Origin: Candidatus Latescibacterota bacterium | GTDB lineage: Bacteria; Latescibacterota; UBA2968; UBA8231 | Direction: 5' to 3' | Assembly: GCA_965208105.1 (NCBI GenBank) | Contig: OZ242318.1 | Span: 4,128,001-4,192,000 of the forward strand | DNA length: 64,000 nucleotides | Shown here: positions 50,371 to 62,507 of the stretch, in pieces | How positions within the stretch are numbered: position 1 is the first letter of the stretch | How the letters are laid out: each line of letters begins with the position of its first letter | Program-made: the position numbers and the translations under genes | Notes under the pieces: generated by a model | Database searches by the model: none | The model's input: the letters and a program-made list of their open reading frames with translations, nothing else | What the model was told of the DNA's origin: nothing

Positions 50371-52109
50371 TCTTCCTGGCACTGGACCCGCAGCTCGCAC
50401 TGGTGCAGGGTGGGCCAGGAGCCGCTCAGCCCCGGCCCCTGCTGCTGGTAGCCCTGGGGCAACTTGAACCCCTCCAGCACCACCAGCACGGTGTTTTCCC
50501 CGTGCTGCAGCGGCGGATCGTCCACCACCAGCCATTCCTCCCCGAGTGAGTTTCTGATCTTTCCCGCCGACAGCAGATCGATCTGGCGGCCGTTCACCTC
50601 GCAGCGAACGCGCTCGATGCACTCCTCGTGATGGGCGAGGCGCAGGCGCAGTTGGGTCTTCTTGATGCGGCCTTCCGCCCGTCCGGCCTCGATGTCGTCT
50701 TCGACGAGCAGGCGCAGCGCGTGCCCGGGTCCGGAGCCGCGGCCGCTGAGTGCCAGCTTGCGCGGCAGTTGAGGGAGGAAATCGCCCGGGGAGCCGGAGT
50801 CGCTCAGGTGGTAGCAGCGGTCCAGCCCGGCGAGGATTTCGGGATCGCCGAGATCGCGCAGGGTCTGGAGGTCCCTCCTGGTGAAACGGTCCGAATCGAA
50901 GGGGCCCTGCAGGCCGCTGTAGAGGGGAGGAGAGGGAAGCAGGGGCATGTCGCTCACGTCGCCCGCGGCCACCGGCTCGCCGCGGTGGTTGGCGTAATCG
51001 TGGTTGAAGAGGTGGACCCCGGCCGCGCCCTGCCTGTAACCGTTGAGGGCGATGGCGCGCCGCAGCGAGGGTTGGCCGTTCTCGTAGCCGTCCTGGGGCG
51101 AGGCTTTGTAGGTGCCGGCCGAGCCCACGTAGATCAGAGCGCCACTGTTGCGGGCGGCGGCCACCGCCCGTGCAACGTCCATCTCCAACTGCCATCCTCT
51201 TGGCGAGGAGACCACCGCCAGGTCCACCAGGCCTTCTTCGATCCAGGTTTCCGGATCGAGACCCAGCTCCATGCTTGCATCCAGACTGCAGGGGACCCGG
51301 CACGCCAGCTTGATGTCTTTGTTCCTCCGGGCCGCGTGGCGCTCGACGATCTGGCGCGCACTGCGCATGAGTTCGGTCATCGTGGCGACGTGCTTGAAGC
51401 CCTGGTGCTGCTTGAAAAAGGGCGGCTGGCGGCAGTAGTCCAGCTCCAGGCCGTCGACATCGTAGCGGTCGAGGGTTTCGTCGAAGAGGCCGAGGAAGCG
51501 CCGCCTCACTTCCGGCTGGGCATAGTCCCACTGCCAGGAAAAATTGAAATCCTCGGCGTAGCCATTCGCTCCCCGGGGGGACGGCGAGCCGATGAGCAGG
51601 TCCGGACGGGTCACCATGAGGGCGGAGCGCCGGCCGTCGGCCATGCGGTGCTCCATGTTGCGGTGGGCGTCGTTCATGCGGAAGGAGGCATAGATGCCCA
51701 GGCCCACCTGGCGGGCGCGGTCGACGTAGAGCTGGAAGACGTCGTGGCCGTCCTCCACCATGGCGGCGAGGTTGACCTGGAGAAGGTCGGAGGGAACCAT
51801 GTTCATGGCGACGGGGGAGGTCTGCCCGGAGGAGCCTCCGGGAAGGAGGTCGCTAGCTGAAGCGCCCATGGTCTCGCCCCAGAGCTCTCCGTGGGGACTG
51901 CCGCGCCAGCACAGATCGTCGTTTATGCCGACCAGCACCGAAACCACGTCGACGCTGGTGTCCGCCAGTGGAACCAGCATGGCGGTCACGTCGTGGGGAT
52001 TGCGGCGCTTGAGGTACTTGAAGACCAGGCAGCCGTCGGTGTTGAAGATGATGCGCGGCGGCCACCTGTAGGGCAGTTGCTGCTTGCCGGTCAAATTCTC
52101 TTGCCTCAT
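50367..52109 (-). CDS. Glycosyl hydrolase-like (GHL10-type) TIM-barrel protein
   Basis: RIIFNTDG, ASFRMNDAH, WDYAQPEVR, RYDVDGLELDYCR, GVHLFN; ATG 52109 overlaps the upstream stop (ATGA). Confidence 0.7.
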   Translation of the reverse strand: MRQENLTGKQQLPYRWPPRIIFNTDGCLVFKYLKRRNPHDVTAMLVPLADTSVDVVSVLVGINDDLCWRGSPHGELWGETMGASASDLLPGGSSGQTSPVAMNMVPSDLLQVNLAAMVEDGHDVFQLYVDRARQVGLGIYASFRMNDAHRNMEHRMADGRRSALMVTRPDLLIGSPSPRGANGYAEDFNFSWQWDYAQPEVRRRFLGLFDETLDRYDVDGLELDYCRQPPFFKQHQGFKHVATMTELMRSARQIVERHAARRNKDIKLACRVPCSLDASMELGLDPETWIEEGLVDLAVVSSPRGWQLEMDVARAVAAARNSGALIYVGSAGTYKASPQDGYENGQPSLRRAIALNGYRQGAAGVHLFNHDYANHRGEPVAAGDVSDMPLLPSPPLYSGLQGPFDSDRFTRRDLQTLRDLGDPEILAGLDRCYHLSDSGSPGDFLPQLPRKLALSGRGSGPGHALRLLVEDDIEAGRAEGRIKKTQLRLRLAHHEECIERVRCEVNGRQIDLLSAGKIRNSLGEEWLVVDDPPLQHGENTVLVVLEGFKLPQGYQQQGPGLSGSWPTLHQCELRVQCQED

Positions 52110-52594
52110 CCGTCGAAAATGGAATCGTCGGGGATTTCGGAGGAATTCTCCCTGCCCATGGCGATGACGTGCTCGGCGGCGATCTCCTGCCGGCCGGCGT
52201 AACCGCCGTCGATCTCGTGCCAGAAGCGGACCTCGTCCTCGCCCCGCTGCCAGCACAGAAAGACCCACCGTCCCTCGAAGGTGGTGGGAAAGTCGATGAG
52301 GCCGTGCTCCAGGCCACCGGGAGGAAAGCGCAGACCGAGGCCGAGGATCCTGCGGCGGATCAACCGGTCCACGTCCTTGATCGCGGCGGAGATGAGGTCC
52401 CGGTGGCGGCGGAATTCGCCATGATCCGGGTTCTTTGGCTGAGTGACCTTTTCTCCCCACAGGGCATCGAGGATCTGCAACTTCTCGCTGTACCGGCCGA
52501 TCTCCACCTTCTTCTTCTCGATCTCGTCCAATGCCCCTTCGACCGCAGGGATCATCCGGTTGGCCTCTTCTACGGTAAACGATCTGCGTCCCAT
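52106..52594 (-). CDS. DUF2203 domain protein
   Basis: FTVEEANRMIP, GLIDFP, LCWQRGE..FWH..GYAGR. Confidence 0.9.
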   Translation of the reverse strand: MGRRSFTVEEANRMIPAVEGALDEIEKKKVEIGRYSEKLQILDALWGEKVTQPKNPDHGEFRRHRDLISAAIKDVDRLIRRRILGLGLRFPPGGLEHGLIDFPTTFEGRWVFLCWQRGEDEVRFWHEIDGGYAGRQEIAAEHVIAMGRENSSEIPDDSIFDG

Positions 52595-52683
52595 GGCTCT
52601 CCGCTCCTCGGGTGGTCGGACAAGCAACCGGCGCCGTTTATCGAGTGTCGGCGCCAGGCCCCGGTCATCTCCATGTGGCTGTG

Positions 52684-52712
52684 AGTATAGTCAAAGTGAG
52701 GGGATGGAGCAA
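52684..52712 (-). promoter_or_regulatory. Sigma70-type promoter for the DUF2203 operon
   Basis: Minus strand TTGCTC-17 nt-TATACT. Confidence 0.55.
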
Positions 52713-52846
52713 GAAGGACACGGTGGTGCTACGGGGAACAAAAGGCCTTGCGTTCCCCGCATCCCCATAGCATATTTGTCCCGGCTTGGCCATCCTGGTC
52801 GAGGCCTTTTCAATTCCCCGTTTGCAGTGGGTTCAGCGTTTGAAAT

Positions 52847-54992
<2,146 letters not shown>

Positions 54993-55133
54993 GGAGCGGG
55001 TCCCCGGGATTGAAAAAAGTGTCGAAAAGGTAACGCGGCCGCGCTTCCGTTTGAGGGTGTGGCCGATTTTTTTGCTCCGTTCCTCCAAGTCCCCAGGATT
55101 CTGTCGTACCTGGCCGCTTCCCGGCAGGCGGCC

Positions 55134-56990
55134 ATGAAATCAGTATATTCTGCTATGGCAAACTGGCGCGGATTCGCCTTGGTGCTGAGCATGGCCCGAA
55201 TGTTGCAGTGCGGTCCGGTGGAAGAGCAGGGCGCAGAGCCCCCTGGAGCGGCGGCTGACCGGGAGTCATGGGGGGTCGGGATAGAGATCCACGAAGGAGA
55301 TCTGCAGGTGGATATTCAGGCGGCCTACATGGCCGACTACGCGGCGACGCAGACGACCTACGGCGACAGCGGTGTCTCCCTTGATTTCCGCGATGCCCGC
55401 GGGGGAGTCCAATCAAGGCTCAGCGCCGACAGGCTGACTTTGAATCCGGACAGGGCGGCCCTGGGAGGAGAAGTGGTTCTCCGCGCGGGCGAGGAGGTGG
55501 AGGTGCAGGGCGACACCCTGGTCTGGGAGCGCAAAACAGGCTCGCTGGTGGCCCCGGGAGAGGTGCGCCTGATTACAGCGGAGGGGACCGAAAGAGGACG
55601 GGCTCTGCAGACCGATTTCGAGATTCGGACCTGGAGCATGGAAGCCGTTCAGGGACGATGGCATGGGGATGGCCCGGAAGATGCCTACGACCTGGAAATA
55701 CAGGCTCGACGCGTGCACGGCCGACGGGAGGAAGGCCTCCTTCTGGTCCAATACGACAGCGTTGCAGCCGAATGCGAAGGTACCCGAATCAACAGCCTCA
55801 GGGCGCGTTTCGATGCAGGGGCCAGGACTGTCTTCTTTTCGGGGGAGGTGAAGGGGCATGACCCGGACCGGAGGATGGCGGCAGGGGGATTGAAATTCGA
55901 TTTGGGTGAGGGGAGACTGACAGTGCTCGAGCAGGTGGAATTCGCCACCCCCGAGTGGAGTCTGTATGCCGCTGAAGTCCTGGAGGAGAGGAAGGAGAAG
56001 CGCCTGCGCGCCCGGGGACAACCGGCTGCGTTCGTGCAGGGGGATCGCCGGATCGAGGCCGACGAGTTGGATTACGCCCGGGTACCCGGGGTTCTTCAAG
56101 GGCGGGGGCAGGTGGTCCTGCGCGAGGAAGGGCGGATCCTGGAGGCCCCCCGTCTCGTATACTATCGCCCGCAGGAACGCCTGGAGGCGAGAGGCGAACT
56201 GAGGCTGCAGGAGGCCGACTTGGAGGGTGTTGTTACGGGGAAGAAGCTGGTCTATGACCTGGCCGCCGGTAAGGCACAGGTGAAGGAGGGCCCATTATGG
56301 AGGCGGCGGCGGTCTGACGGAACCTGGCTGGAGGCCGTTGCCCTCGAGATGGAGATCGATCTGGGGCGCAGGGAGCTGAGAGGCTCGGGGGACTTCAGTG
56401 TCGCCTCGGCGGGCATGGAAATAAAGGCTGAGCGGGGCCATTACGATGCCGAAGGTGAAGATCTGGCCCTGGGATCGCAGGTGAATCTTCGCTTGCTGGA
56501 CCCCGGGAACAACCACCGCAGCGAAATCGCGGCGGACTCCATGATCGCGAGGCTGCAGGATGGCAAGTTCGACCGTATCACCATACCGAAAAGGGCGAAG
56601 GGCAGGATAGAGGTGGAGAAGGAGAGGACAAGCTGGATCGAAGGAGGATCCGGAGAAATCTTCTTCCAGGACGAACGCCTGCATCGGGTGGAATTGAGGG
56701 GAGGGGCGGACGCGACCCACCACAGGCTCGACGAGAGGGAGGTGAGCCGCTTCAGGGGCAGAGACATGACGCTGCTCTTCGCCTCCGGTGCTCTGGAGCA
56801 GGTGCGGGTCAGCGGCGAAGCAGAGGTATGGTCGCACCTGCCCGACAAGGAGGGGGGAGGACAGGTCTCCATCAATGCGGTAAAAGGAGAGGAGCTGGAG
56901 GTCTCCTTCGCCCAGGGTACTATCGCCGAGGTTCGGGTAGTGGAATCGGTTGAGGGAAAGTACTATCCTCCAGAAGCTGAAGGACCTTGA
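55134..56990 (+). CDS. Extended LptC/LptA (OstA-like beta-jellyroll repeat) protein
   Basis: N-terminal anchor and LptC-like SWGV..LSAD..DTLVW segment; repeated ADELDY/APRLVY/AERGHY/GRDMTL strands; C-terminal GKYYP; directly before lptB. Confidence 0.7.
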   Translation: MKSVYSAMANWRGFALVLSMARMLQCGPVEEQGAEPPGAAADRESWGVGIEIHEGDLQVDIQAAYMADYAATQTTYGDSGVSLDFRDARGGVQSRLSADRLTLNPDRAALGGEVVLRAGEEVEVQGDTLVWERKTGSLVAPGEVRLITAEGTERGRALQTDFEIRTWSMEAVQGRWHGDGPEDAYDLEIQARRVHGRREEGLLLVQYDSVAAECEGTRINSLRARFDAGARTVFFSGEVKGHDPDRRMAAGGLKFDLGEGRLTVLEQVEFATPEWSLYAAEVLEERKEKRLRARGQPAAFVQGDRRIEADELDYARVPGVLQGRGQVVLREEGRILEAPRLVYYRPQERLEARGELRLQEADLEGVVTGKKLVYDLAAGKAQVKEGPLWRRRRSDGTWLEAVALEMEIDLGRRELRGSGDFSVASAGMEIKAERGHYDAEGEDLALGSQVNLRLLDPGNNHRSEIAADSMIARLQDGKFDRITIPKRAKGRIEVEKERTSWIEGGSGEIFFQDERLHRVELRGGADATHHRLDEREVSRFRGRDMTLLFASGALEQVRVSGEAEVWSHLPDKEGGGQVSINAVKGEELEVSFAQGTIAEVRVVESVEGKYYPPEAEGP

Positions 56991-57006
56991 AAGGTACGGC
57001 GGGGGA

Positions 57007-57735
57007 ATGGCGCTGAAAACCGAGAATCTGTGCAAGAGGTACGGCCGCCGCCAGGTGGTCGACATGGTGAATCTCGTGGTGGAGCCCGGGGAGATCGTGG
57101 GCTTGCTGGGCCCCAACGGGGCGGGCAAGACCACCACCTTCTACAGCATCGTGGGCTTCGCCGCCGCCGATGCCGGGCATATCTTCCTGGACGGGGTCGA
57201 CATCACCGGCCTTCCCATGTACCGCCGCGCCCTGCAGGGCATCGGGTATCTTCCCCAGGAAACCTCGATCTTCCGCAAGCTGAGCGTCGAGCAGAACATA
57301 CGCGCTGTCCTTGAAACCCGGGGCCTGGGCAAGGAGGAACTCGCTTCGAGGTTGGCCCGGTTGCTGAAAGAGTTGAATCTGGAGGCGCGCGCGGCGCAGC
57401 GCGCCGACGAGCTCTCGGGCGGCGAAACACGGCGGGTGGAAATTGCCCGGGCCCTGGCGATCCAACCGCGGTACATGCTCCTGGACGAGCCATTTGCAGG
57501 CATTGATCCCCGCACTGTCGAGGATATTCAGAATATCGTGGCCGAGTTGCGCCGGAAGGGTTTGGGGATATTGATTACGGATCACAATGTGCGCGAGACT
57601 CTGGAAATCACCGACCGCTCCTACATCATGGTGGACGGCCGCATTCTCACGGCAGGAAGTGCCCGTGAGCTCACCGCTGATCCCCGGGTGCGCAGCATCT
57701 ATCTGGGCGAGAGGTTCCAGATGGATCCTACTTGA
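57007..57735 (+). CDS. lptB: LPS export ABC ATP-binding protein
   Basis: GLLGPNGAGKTTTFY, GYLPQE.SIFRKL, LSGGE.RRVEIARAL, LDEPFAGIDP, ITDHNVRETL, YLGE. Confidence 0.96.
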   Translation: MALKTENLCKRYGRRQVVDMVNLVVEPGEIVGLLGPNGAGKTTTFYSIVGFAAADAGHIFLDGVDITGLPMYRRALQGIGYLPQETSIFRKLSVEQNIRAVLETRGLGKEELASRLARLLKELNLEARAAQRADELSGGETRRVEIARALAIQPRYMLLDEPFAGIDPRTVEDIQNIVAELRRKGLGILITDHNVRETLEITDRSYIMVDGRILTAGSARELTADPRVRSIYLGERFQMDPT

Positions 57736-57839
57736 TCGGCCTCAAGGCGATCGGTTATATTTGATTTCGATGGATTTTGCCGGCCCCGAGGTAAAGCGAA
57801 CGGGTTTCTCATGCATCCCCACAGGGAATTTTAGGGACA

Positions 57840-59300
57840 ATGCTCCGCATTCTGCAACATCAAACTCTCCAGCAGAAGATGGCCCCTCAGTTGATCCAGT
57901 CGCTGAGGCTGCTTCAGATGTCGACCCTGGAACTGGAGATGAGGATCAAGCAGGAGATGGAGCTCAATCCCCTGCTCGAGGAGAGCCCCTCTGTGGAGGA
58001 GGATTCCCAGGAACCGGAGGCAGGGCTCGATGAAGGGCTCAAGGAAGAGGAAGAGCTGCCCAGGGAAGCGGAGGAAGTAGACTGGGATACACTTCTGGGC
58101 GATCAATTCGACCAGGGCGATTACAACAGCGAACGCACCGAGTACGATCCGAATTGGGAAGTTGACCGCGAGCCCCGGGAGAACCGCATTACGGCCATTC
58201 CCCCGTTGACTGCCCGGTTGCACGAACAACTGGCTTTGAGCTCACTCTCCCCCATCGAGCGTGAGATCGGCGCCTACATCATCGGCAGTATTGACGAGAG
58301 GGGATATCTGGGTTGTTCCACCGAGGAGCTGGCCGAGATGCTGCACCTGGCAGCGGCCGAGGTGGAAAAGGTCCTGAAGGTGGTTCAAGGATTCGAGCCG
58401 CCGGGAGTGGGCGCCCGCGACCTCCGCGAATGCCTGATGATTCAGTTGCAACAGCAGCAAGGAGAGCGCCGGGACCTTGCGCTCCGGGTGGTGGGCGACC
58501 ACATGGAGGATTTGACCAGGAGGCGCCTGGGGCGCATCACGCGGGCCCTGGCCATCTCCGATGAAGAGCTGAAGGCAGTGCTGGACCTGATCGAAAGCCT
58601 GCAGCCTTATCCCGGGTCGCCAAGCAGCAGCGACTACTCCGGCCTGCTCACCCTGGACACGGAGGTTTCCTACATCACTCCCGACCTCGTCGTCGAGAAG
58701 GTCGGCGATGAGTGGGTCGTTTCTCTGACCGATGGGACATTGCCGCCGCTGAGAATCAGCGGCACCTATTCCAGGATGCTCAAGGACTCCCGGCGCAACG
58801 GCAAGGACGAGGTCCAGGACTACCTGGCCAAGAAGATCAACGACGCGCGCTGGCTGATCAACGCCATCCAGCAGCGGCGGACCACCATGCTCAAAGTGGC
58901 CAACTACCTGGTGAGGATGCAGCTGCCATTCTTCGAGAAGGGACCGGCCTACCTGAAGCCAATGGTGCTTCAGGACGTGGCAGACAAGGTGGAGATGCAC
59001 GTGTCGACGATCAGCCGGGTCAGCAACGGAAAGTACATGCAGACGCCCTACGGCGTATTTGAGCTCAAGTACTTCTTCGACGGCAGGGTAAGCACCGAAA
59101 GCGGAGAGGACGTTTCCACCCGCAACGTCAAGGAGCACATTTCCAGATTGATTGCCGGGGAGGACAAGGCCAATCCTCTCAGCGACCAGAAGATTGCCGA
59201 CGAGCTGGGCAGGAAGGGGCTGCAGATCGCCCGGCGCACGGTGGCCAAGTACCGGGACCAGCTGGGGATCAACTCACAGCGCTACCGCAAGTCGTTCTGA
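57840..59300 (+). CDS. rpoN: RNA polymerase sigma-54 factor
   Basis: PQLIQS.RLLQM, NPLLE, PPGVGARDLRECL, H.STISR, ELKYFF, RpoN box ARRTVAKYR. Confidence 0.98.
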   Translation: MLRILQHQTLQQKMAPQLIQSLRLLQMSTLELEMRIKQEMELNPLLEESPSVEEDSQEPEAGLDEGLKEEEELPREAEEVDWDTLLGDQFDQGDYNSERTEYDPNWEVDREPRENRITAIPPLTARLHEQLALSSLSPIEREIGAYIIGSIDERGYLGCSTEELAEMLHLAAAEVEKVLKVVQGFEPPGVGARDLRECLMIQLQQQQGERRDLALRVVGDHMEDLTRRRLGRITRALAISDEELKAVLDLIESLQPYPGSPSSSDYSGLLTLDTEVSYITPDLVVEKVGDEWVVSLTDGTLPPLRISGTYSRMLKDSRRNGKDEVQDYLAKKINDARWLINAIQQRRTTMLKVANYLVRMQLPFFEKGPAYLKPMVLQDVADKVEMHVSTISRVSNGKYMQTPYGVFELKYFFDGRVSTESGEDVSTRNVKEHISRLIAGEDKANPLSDQKIADELGRKGLQIARRTVAKYRDQLGINSQRYRKSF

Positions 59301-60557
59301 TTACCCGCCAGACCTGATCAAAGCACCGTCTCCCGCAAAATCCAGAGGCCGCAGCGGGCCCACCTGCTCGACCTGCGGATGGCTCCTGCATTCGTCCAGC
59401 AGGGACTGCGAGACCTGAATCCGCTCCAGGGACAATGTATTTTTTATGCGCACGATGCGCGCCCTGGTGGAGTCGGATAGACGGAGAACGTCGAGAGCAG
59501 CGCCGATGGCCTCGCGGTCGGTCTCCATGATGACAGGTATGTAGGCGCGGTTGAGGTAGGTCGTGGTAAAAACGTTGGCGTAAGTTGACTTGAGGTCGAT
59601 TTTGTCGAAAAGGCGCCTGGTAATTATATCCGCCAGGCCCAGGCCCGAGGCATTGCCGTGCGTGCGTCGGGTGAGGTCGAGAACGACAATTCTCGCAATG
59701 CCCGGAGTCTCGGGCTCCTTGATCCCCGGCAGTTGCATACGGCCGATTACGTTGGTATCCATTCCCGTACCGCTGATATCCTTGCCCATTTCCTCGACGA
59801 TCAGCAGATCGATTTCCTGCACCAGCAACCGGGGCATCGCCAGGCGCGCCTCCTCGAGAAGACCCGGTTCCCGGGATTCGATTTCATCCGGCCTCAACGC
59901 GACAATTCGCGCCGTGTCGTCGCAGGCGTTCTCCACGATGGCTAGCCCCAGCATAACCGGCATCCGGTGGATGATGGTTTTGCCCCAGGCGGGGATCAGC
60001 CTGGCGATGCCCTGCGCCCCCTTTGAATGCGCTAGGCTCGCACCTTTGTGGCTGCCCAGGCCGATGGTCAACATCTTCATCAGGCCGCTCTCGAAAGGCC
60101 CGCGGAAAGAGGTGTGGGGTTTGATTCGATTCACCAGGACGATGCCATCGGCCTCTTTTGCAAGTTTGTTGAGGAGCACGGGGGTGGCGTCGTTCAGTTC
60201 GCCTACCTGCACGACCTCCATGGTGGCCTCAACCGGAACTCCCATGCTCTCCTCGGTGATGCCGTAGGAGGCGAGGACCTGCTTCTGCCCCTCGGTGCTT
60301 GCGCCGCCGTGGCTGCCCATGGCCGGGAGGATGAATGGACGGCCTCCCGCCTGGCTGATGTGGTCGACGAGAGTGCGGACGATGGCCGCGATATTTGCAA
60401 TTCCGCGGCTGCCGGTGGCCACGGCGATGCGGGCACCCGGTGCAATTGCGCTGGCAAGATCGGTCCGCCGCAATTGATTCTCAATGGCCGCGGCGATATC
60501 TTCTACGTGGACATTGGAAAAGTGCTGCTTGACAGTGGCCATCAGAGGAAGTTGCAT
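59301..60557 (-). CDS. Lactate racemase N-terminal (LarA/DUF2088/DUF362-like) domain protein
   Basis: GSRGI, PAMGSHGG, NRIKPHT, ESGLMKM, GKDISGTGMDTNVIGR, HGNASGLGLAD. Confidence 0.8.
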   Translation of the reverse strand: MQLPLMATVKQHFSNVHVEDIAAAIENQLRRTDLASAIAPGARIAVATGSRGIANIAAIVRTLVDHISQAGGRPFILPAMGSHGGASTEGQKQVLASYGITEESMGVPVEATMEVVQVGELNDATPVLLNKLAKEADGIVLVNRIKPHTSFRGPFESGLMKMLTIGLGSHKGASLAHSKGAQGIARLIPAWGKTIIHRMPVMLGLAIVENACDDTARIVALRPDEIESREPGLLEEARLAMPRLLVQEIDLLIVEEMGKDISGTGMDTNVIGRMQLPGIKEPETPGIARIVVLDLTRRTHGNASGLGLADIITRRLFDKIDLKSTYANVFTTTYLNRAYIPVIMETDREAIGAALDVLRLSDSTRARIVRIKNTLSLERIQVSQSLLDECRSHPQVEQVGPLRPLDFAGDGALIRSGG

Positions 60558-60569
60558 GTGCTGTCTTCC

Positions 60570-61139
60570 TCAATCGTTGCCGGCCAACGCCTGCCGCAGC
60601 CGGCGGGCGCGAGTGCGGATGGGAAGGGCGGGGCGCGGCACGGGTTCGGTGGCCCTGGCTATCTTCCATATGAAGACCAGCGGTCCCTTTGCCTCGAAGT
60701 GAGAGGAGAGGTTTTCATCGAAATCATGGTCGTTGTCGATGGTGCAGACCCGCTCAATGCCCGCGCCTCGGGCAATGGCCTCGTAATCGGCGATACCGGC
60801 GCCGGGTACGGGCTGGTTGCCGGTAACCTCGTAGGTTCCGTTCTCGGTTATCACCAGGGTGAAATTTTCCAGGGGTCTCTGGGCTATCGTCACCAGGGTG
60901 CCCAGGCACATCAGCATACTGCCGTCGCCGTTGAGGACGATGACGCGGCGCTGCGGCTGGGCCATGGCAAGGCCATAGCCGAAATCGGCGGCGTGGCCCA
61001 TGGCGCTTTCAACAGAGGCGAAGTCGAGGGGGCCGTCGGACAGTTTTGCCCATGGGGCGGCCACGCTCATGGTGGTGATCACGACTTCGTCCCTGCGCAT
61101 GGCGGCCAGCTTCTCCAGGCATTTGTACTTGTCTAGCAA
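60570..61139 (-). CDS. ThDP-dependent decarboxylase beta subunit (ComE/phosphonopyruvate decarboxylase-like)
   Basis: SAMG, GLA, GDGSMLM..N ThDP motif, TGNQP. Confidence 0.82.
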   Translation of the reverse strand: MLDKYKCLEKLAAMRRDEVVITTMSVAAPWAKLSDGPLDFASVESAMGHAADFGYGLAMAQPQRRVIVLNGDGSMLMCLGTLVTIAQRPLENFTLVITENGTYEVTGNQPVPGAGIADYEAIARGAGIERVCTIDNDHDFDENLSSHFEAKGPLVFIWKIARATEPVPRPALPIRTRARRLRQALAGND

Positions 61140-61141
61140 AT

Positions 61142-61636
61142 TCAGCTGCTTTCTTCGACGAGAATGACGGCAGCAGGTGAAGAGGTCCCGGCTGCGCGCT
61201 CGAATGCGGCGGAAACGCGGTCGAGATCATCGTCGCAACGGAGCTCGAAGCAGGGGATGTTCCAGGCCGCCAGGGTTGGCTCGAAGAAGGTGGCCGCGGT
61301 ATCGACGCGCTCTGCATCCGGCCCAAGGGATCTGTAGCCGCGATAACCGATGAGCATGACGAGGGGAATCCCCATGTTGTAGGCGGTGCCGCGAAATGCA
61401 TCCCCGGCTTCGAGGAAGCCCGTATTCTGGATCACCACCAGGGGGCGTTTGCCGCCCAGATACAGACCCGAGGCCAGGGCGAATGCCTCTCCCTCGCGGC
61501 TTGACACGATGACTTCGATACCCGGATCGTCCCAGAGTCGCCCGAAAAGGGCCTGGGTGCCGTTGTCGGGGACCCCGACGACGTGCGTGATTCCGTGCTT
61601 CTTGATTTCGGCCAGGAGCTTGTGCGCTTTAATCAA
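61142..61636 (-). CDS. ThDP-dependent decarboxylase alpha subunit (ComD-like)
   Basis: VVGVPD, REGEA, GLYLGG, QNTG, IGYRG. Confidence 0.82.
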   Translation of the reverse strand: MIKAHKLLAEIKKHGITHVVGVPDNGTQALFGRLWDDPGIEVIVSSREGEAFALASGLYLGGKRPLVVIQNTGFLEAGDAFRGTAYNMGIPLVMLIGYRGYRSLGPDAERVDTAATFFEPTLAAWNIPCFELRCDDDLDRVSAAFERAAGTSSPAAVILVEESS

Positions 61637-61823
61637 ACAGGTCTTTCCCGATGGAATTCGTTAATCTAAAACTAGGAGGGCGGCGCGGGCCAGTCAAGGC
61701 CGCTGCCGACGGCGGGGGACCGCTGCGGTCGGGACAATGACGCGGAGGGGAATGGGTCCTCACACTCTGACCGGCAGGCCCGGAAGGGCTTCCGGTGACC
61801 CGGCCCCAGGCGGGAGGGCAACC

Positions 61824-62507
61824 ATGTCCGGGTGCTGTATCCTGATGGTGAAAGACCCCCGGCCGGAGCATGTCAAGACCCGGCTCATGCCGCACTGCAG
61901 CGCGGAAGAGGCGGCCTTGCTCTACCGCGCATTTGTCCTGGACAGCGTGGCCCTGCTGGCGGAATCAGCGGCTGACATGAAGGTCGTTGCCTTCACTCCG
62001 GCAGACGCTGAACCGAAGGTGCGCGAGTGGCTGGAGGAGAGGGGAGATTTCGCCTGGCTGCCGCAGCCCGAAGGCGGCCTGGGACAGCGGCTGGACCAGC
62101 TCATGGGCTGGAGCTTTGACCAGGGAGCCGGGCGCACCGCCATAATCGGATCCGACACCCCCAGTCTGCCGCCCGCCTACGTCGACATGGCCCTTGATTC
62201 AATGGTGGAACACGAGGTGGTAGTTGGACCCAGCGTAGATGGGGGGTACTACCTCATCGGCCAGCAAGCAGGTGAGCGGCCGATGTTCGCGGGCGTCGAT
62301 TGGAGCACGGGCAGGGTCCTGGAACAGACCTTGAGCAGGCTTGGCAGCCGTTCTCTGGGGCTTCTGCCTCCCTGGTACGACGTGGATACGGCTCCGGATG
62401 CGGGGTTTTTGAAGGTTCACCTCATGGCGCTCCACAGGGCCGGTCAACCGCGGGGGTCTCACAGCCTGAGGGTGCTCCGCAAGATGAAGCTGCCGCCGCC
62501 TTCCTGA
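61824..62507 (+). CDS. TIGR04282/DUF2064 CofC-like transferase
   Basis: K.PRP..VKTRL, Q..GGLGQRL, IIGSDTP, GPSVDGGYYLIG, WST, YDVDT. Confidence 0.88.
   Translation: MSGCCILMVKDPRPEHVKTRLMPHCSAEEAALLYRAFVLDSVALLAESAADMKVVAFTPADAEPKVREWLEERGDFAWLPQPEGGLGQRLDQLMGWSFDQGAGRTAIIGSDTPSLPPAYVDMALDSMVEHEVVVGPSVDGGYYLIGQQAGERPMFAGVDWSTGRVLEQTLSRLGSRSLGLLPPWYDVDTAPDAGFLKVHLMALHRAGQPRGSHSLRVLRKMKLPPPS

Noticed and set aside
52110-52460. N-terminal extension of the 697-aa ORF 50367-52460
   Set aside because: It overlaps the DUF2203 gene; the probable start is ATG 52109, coupled to the DUF2203 stop
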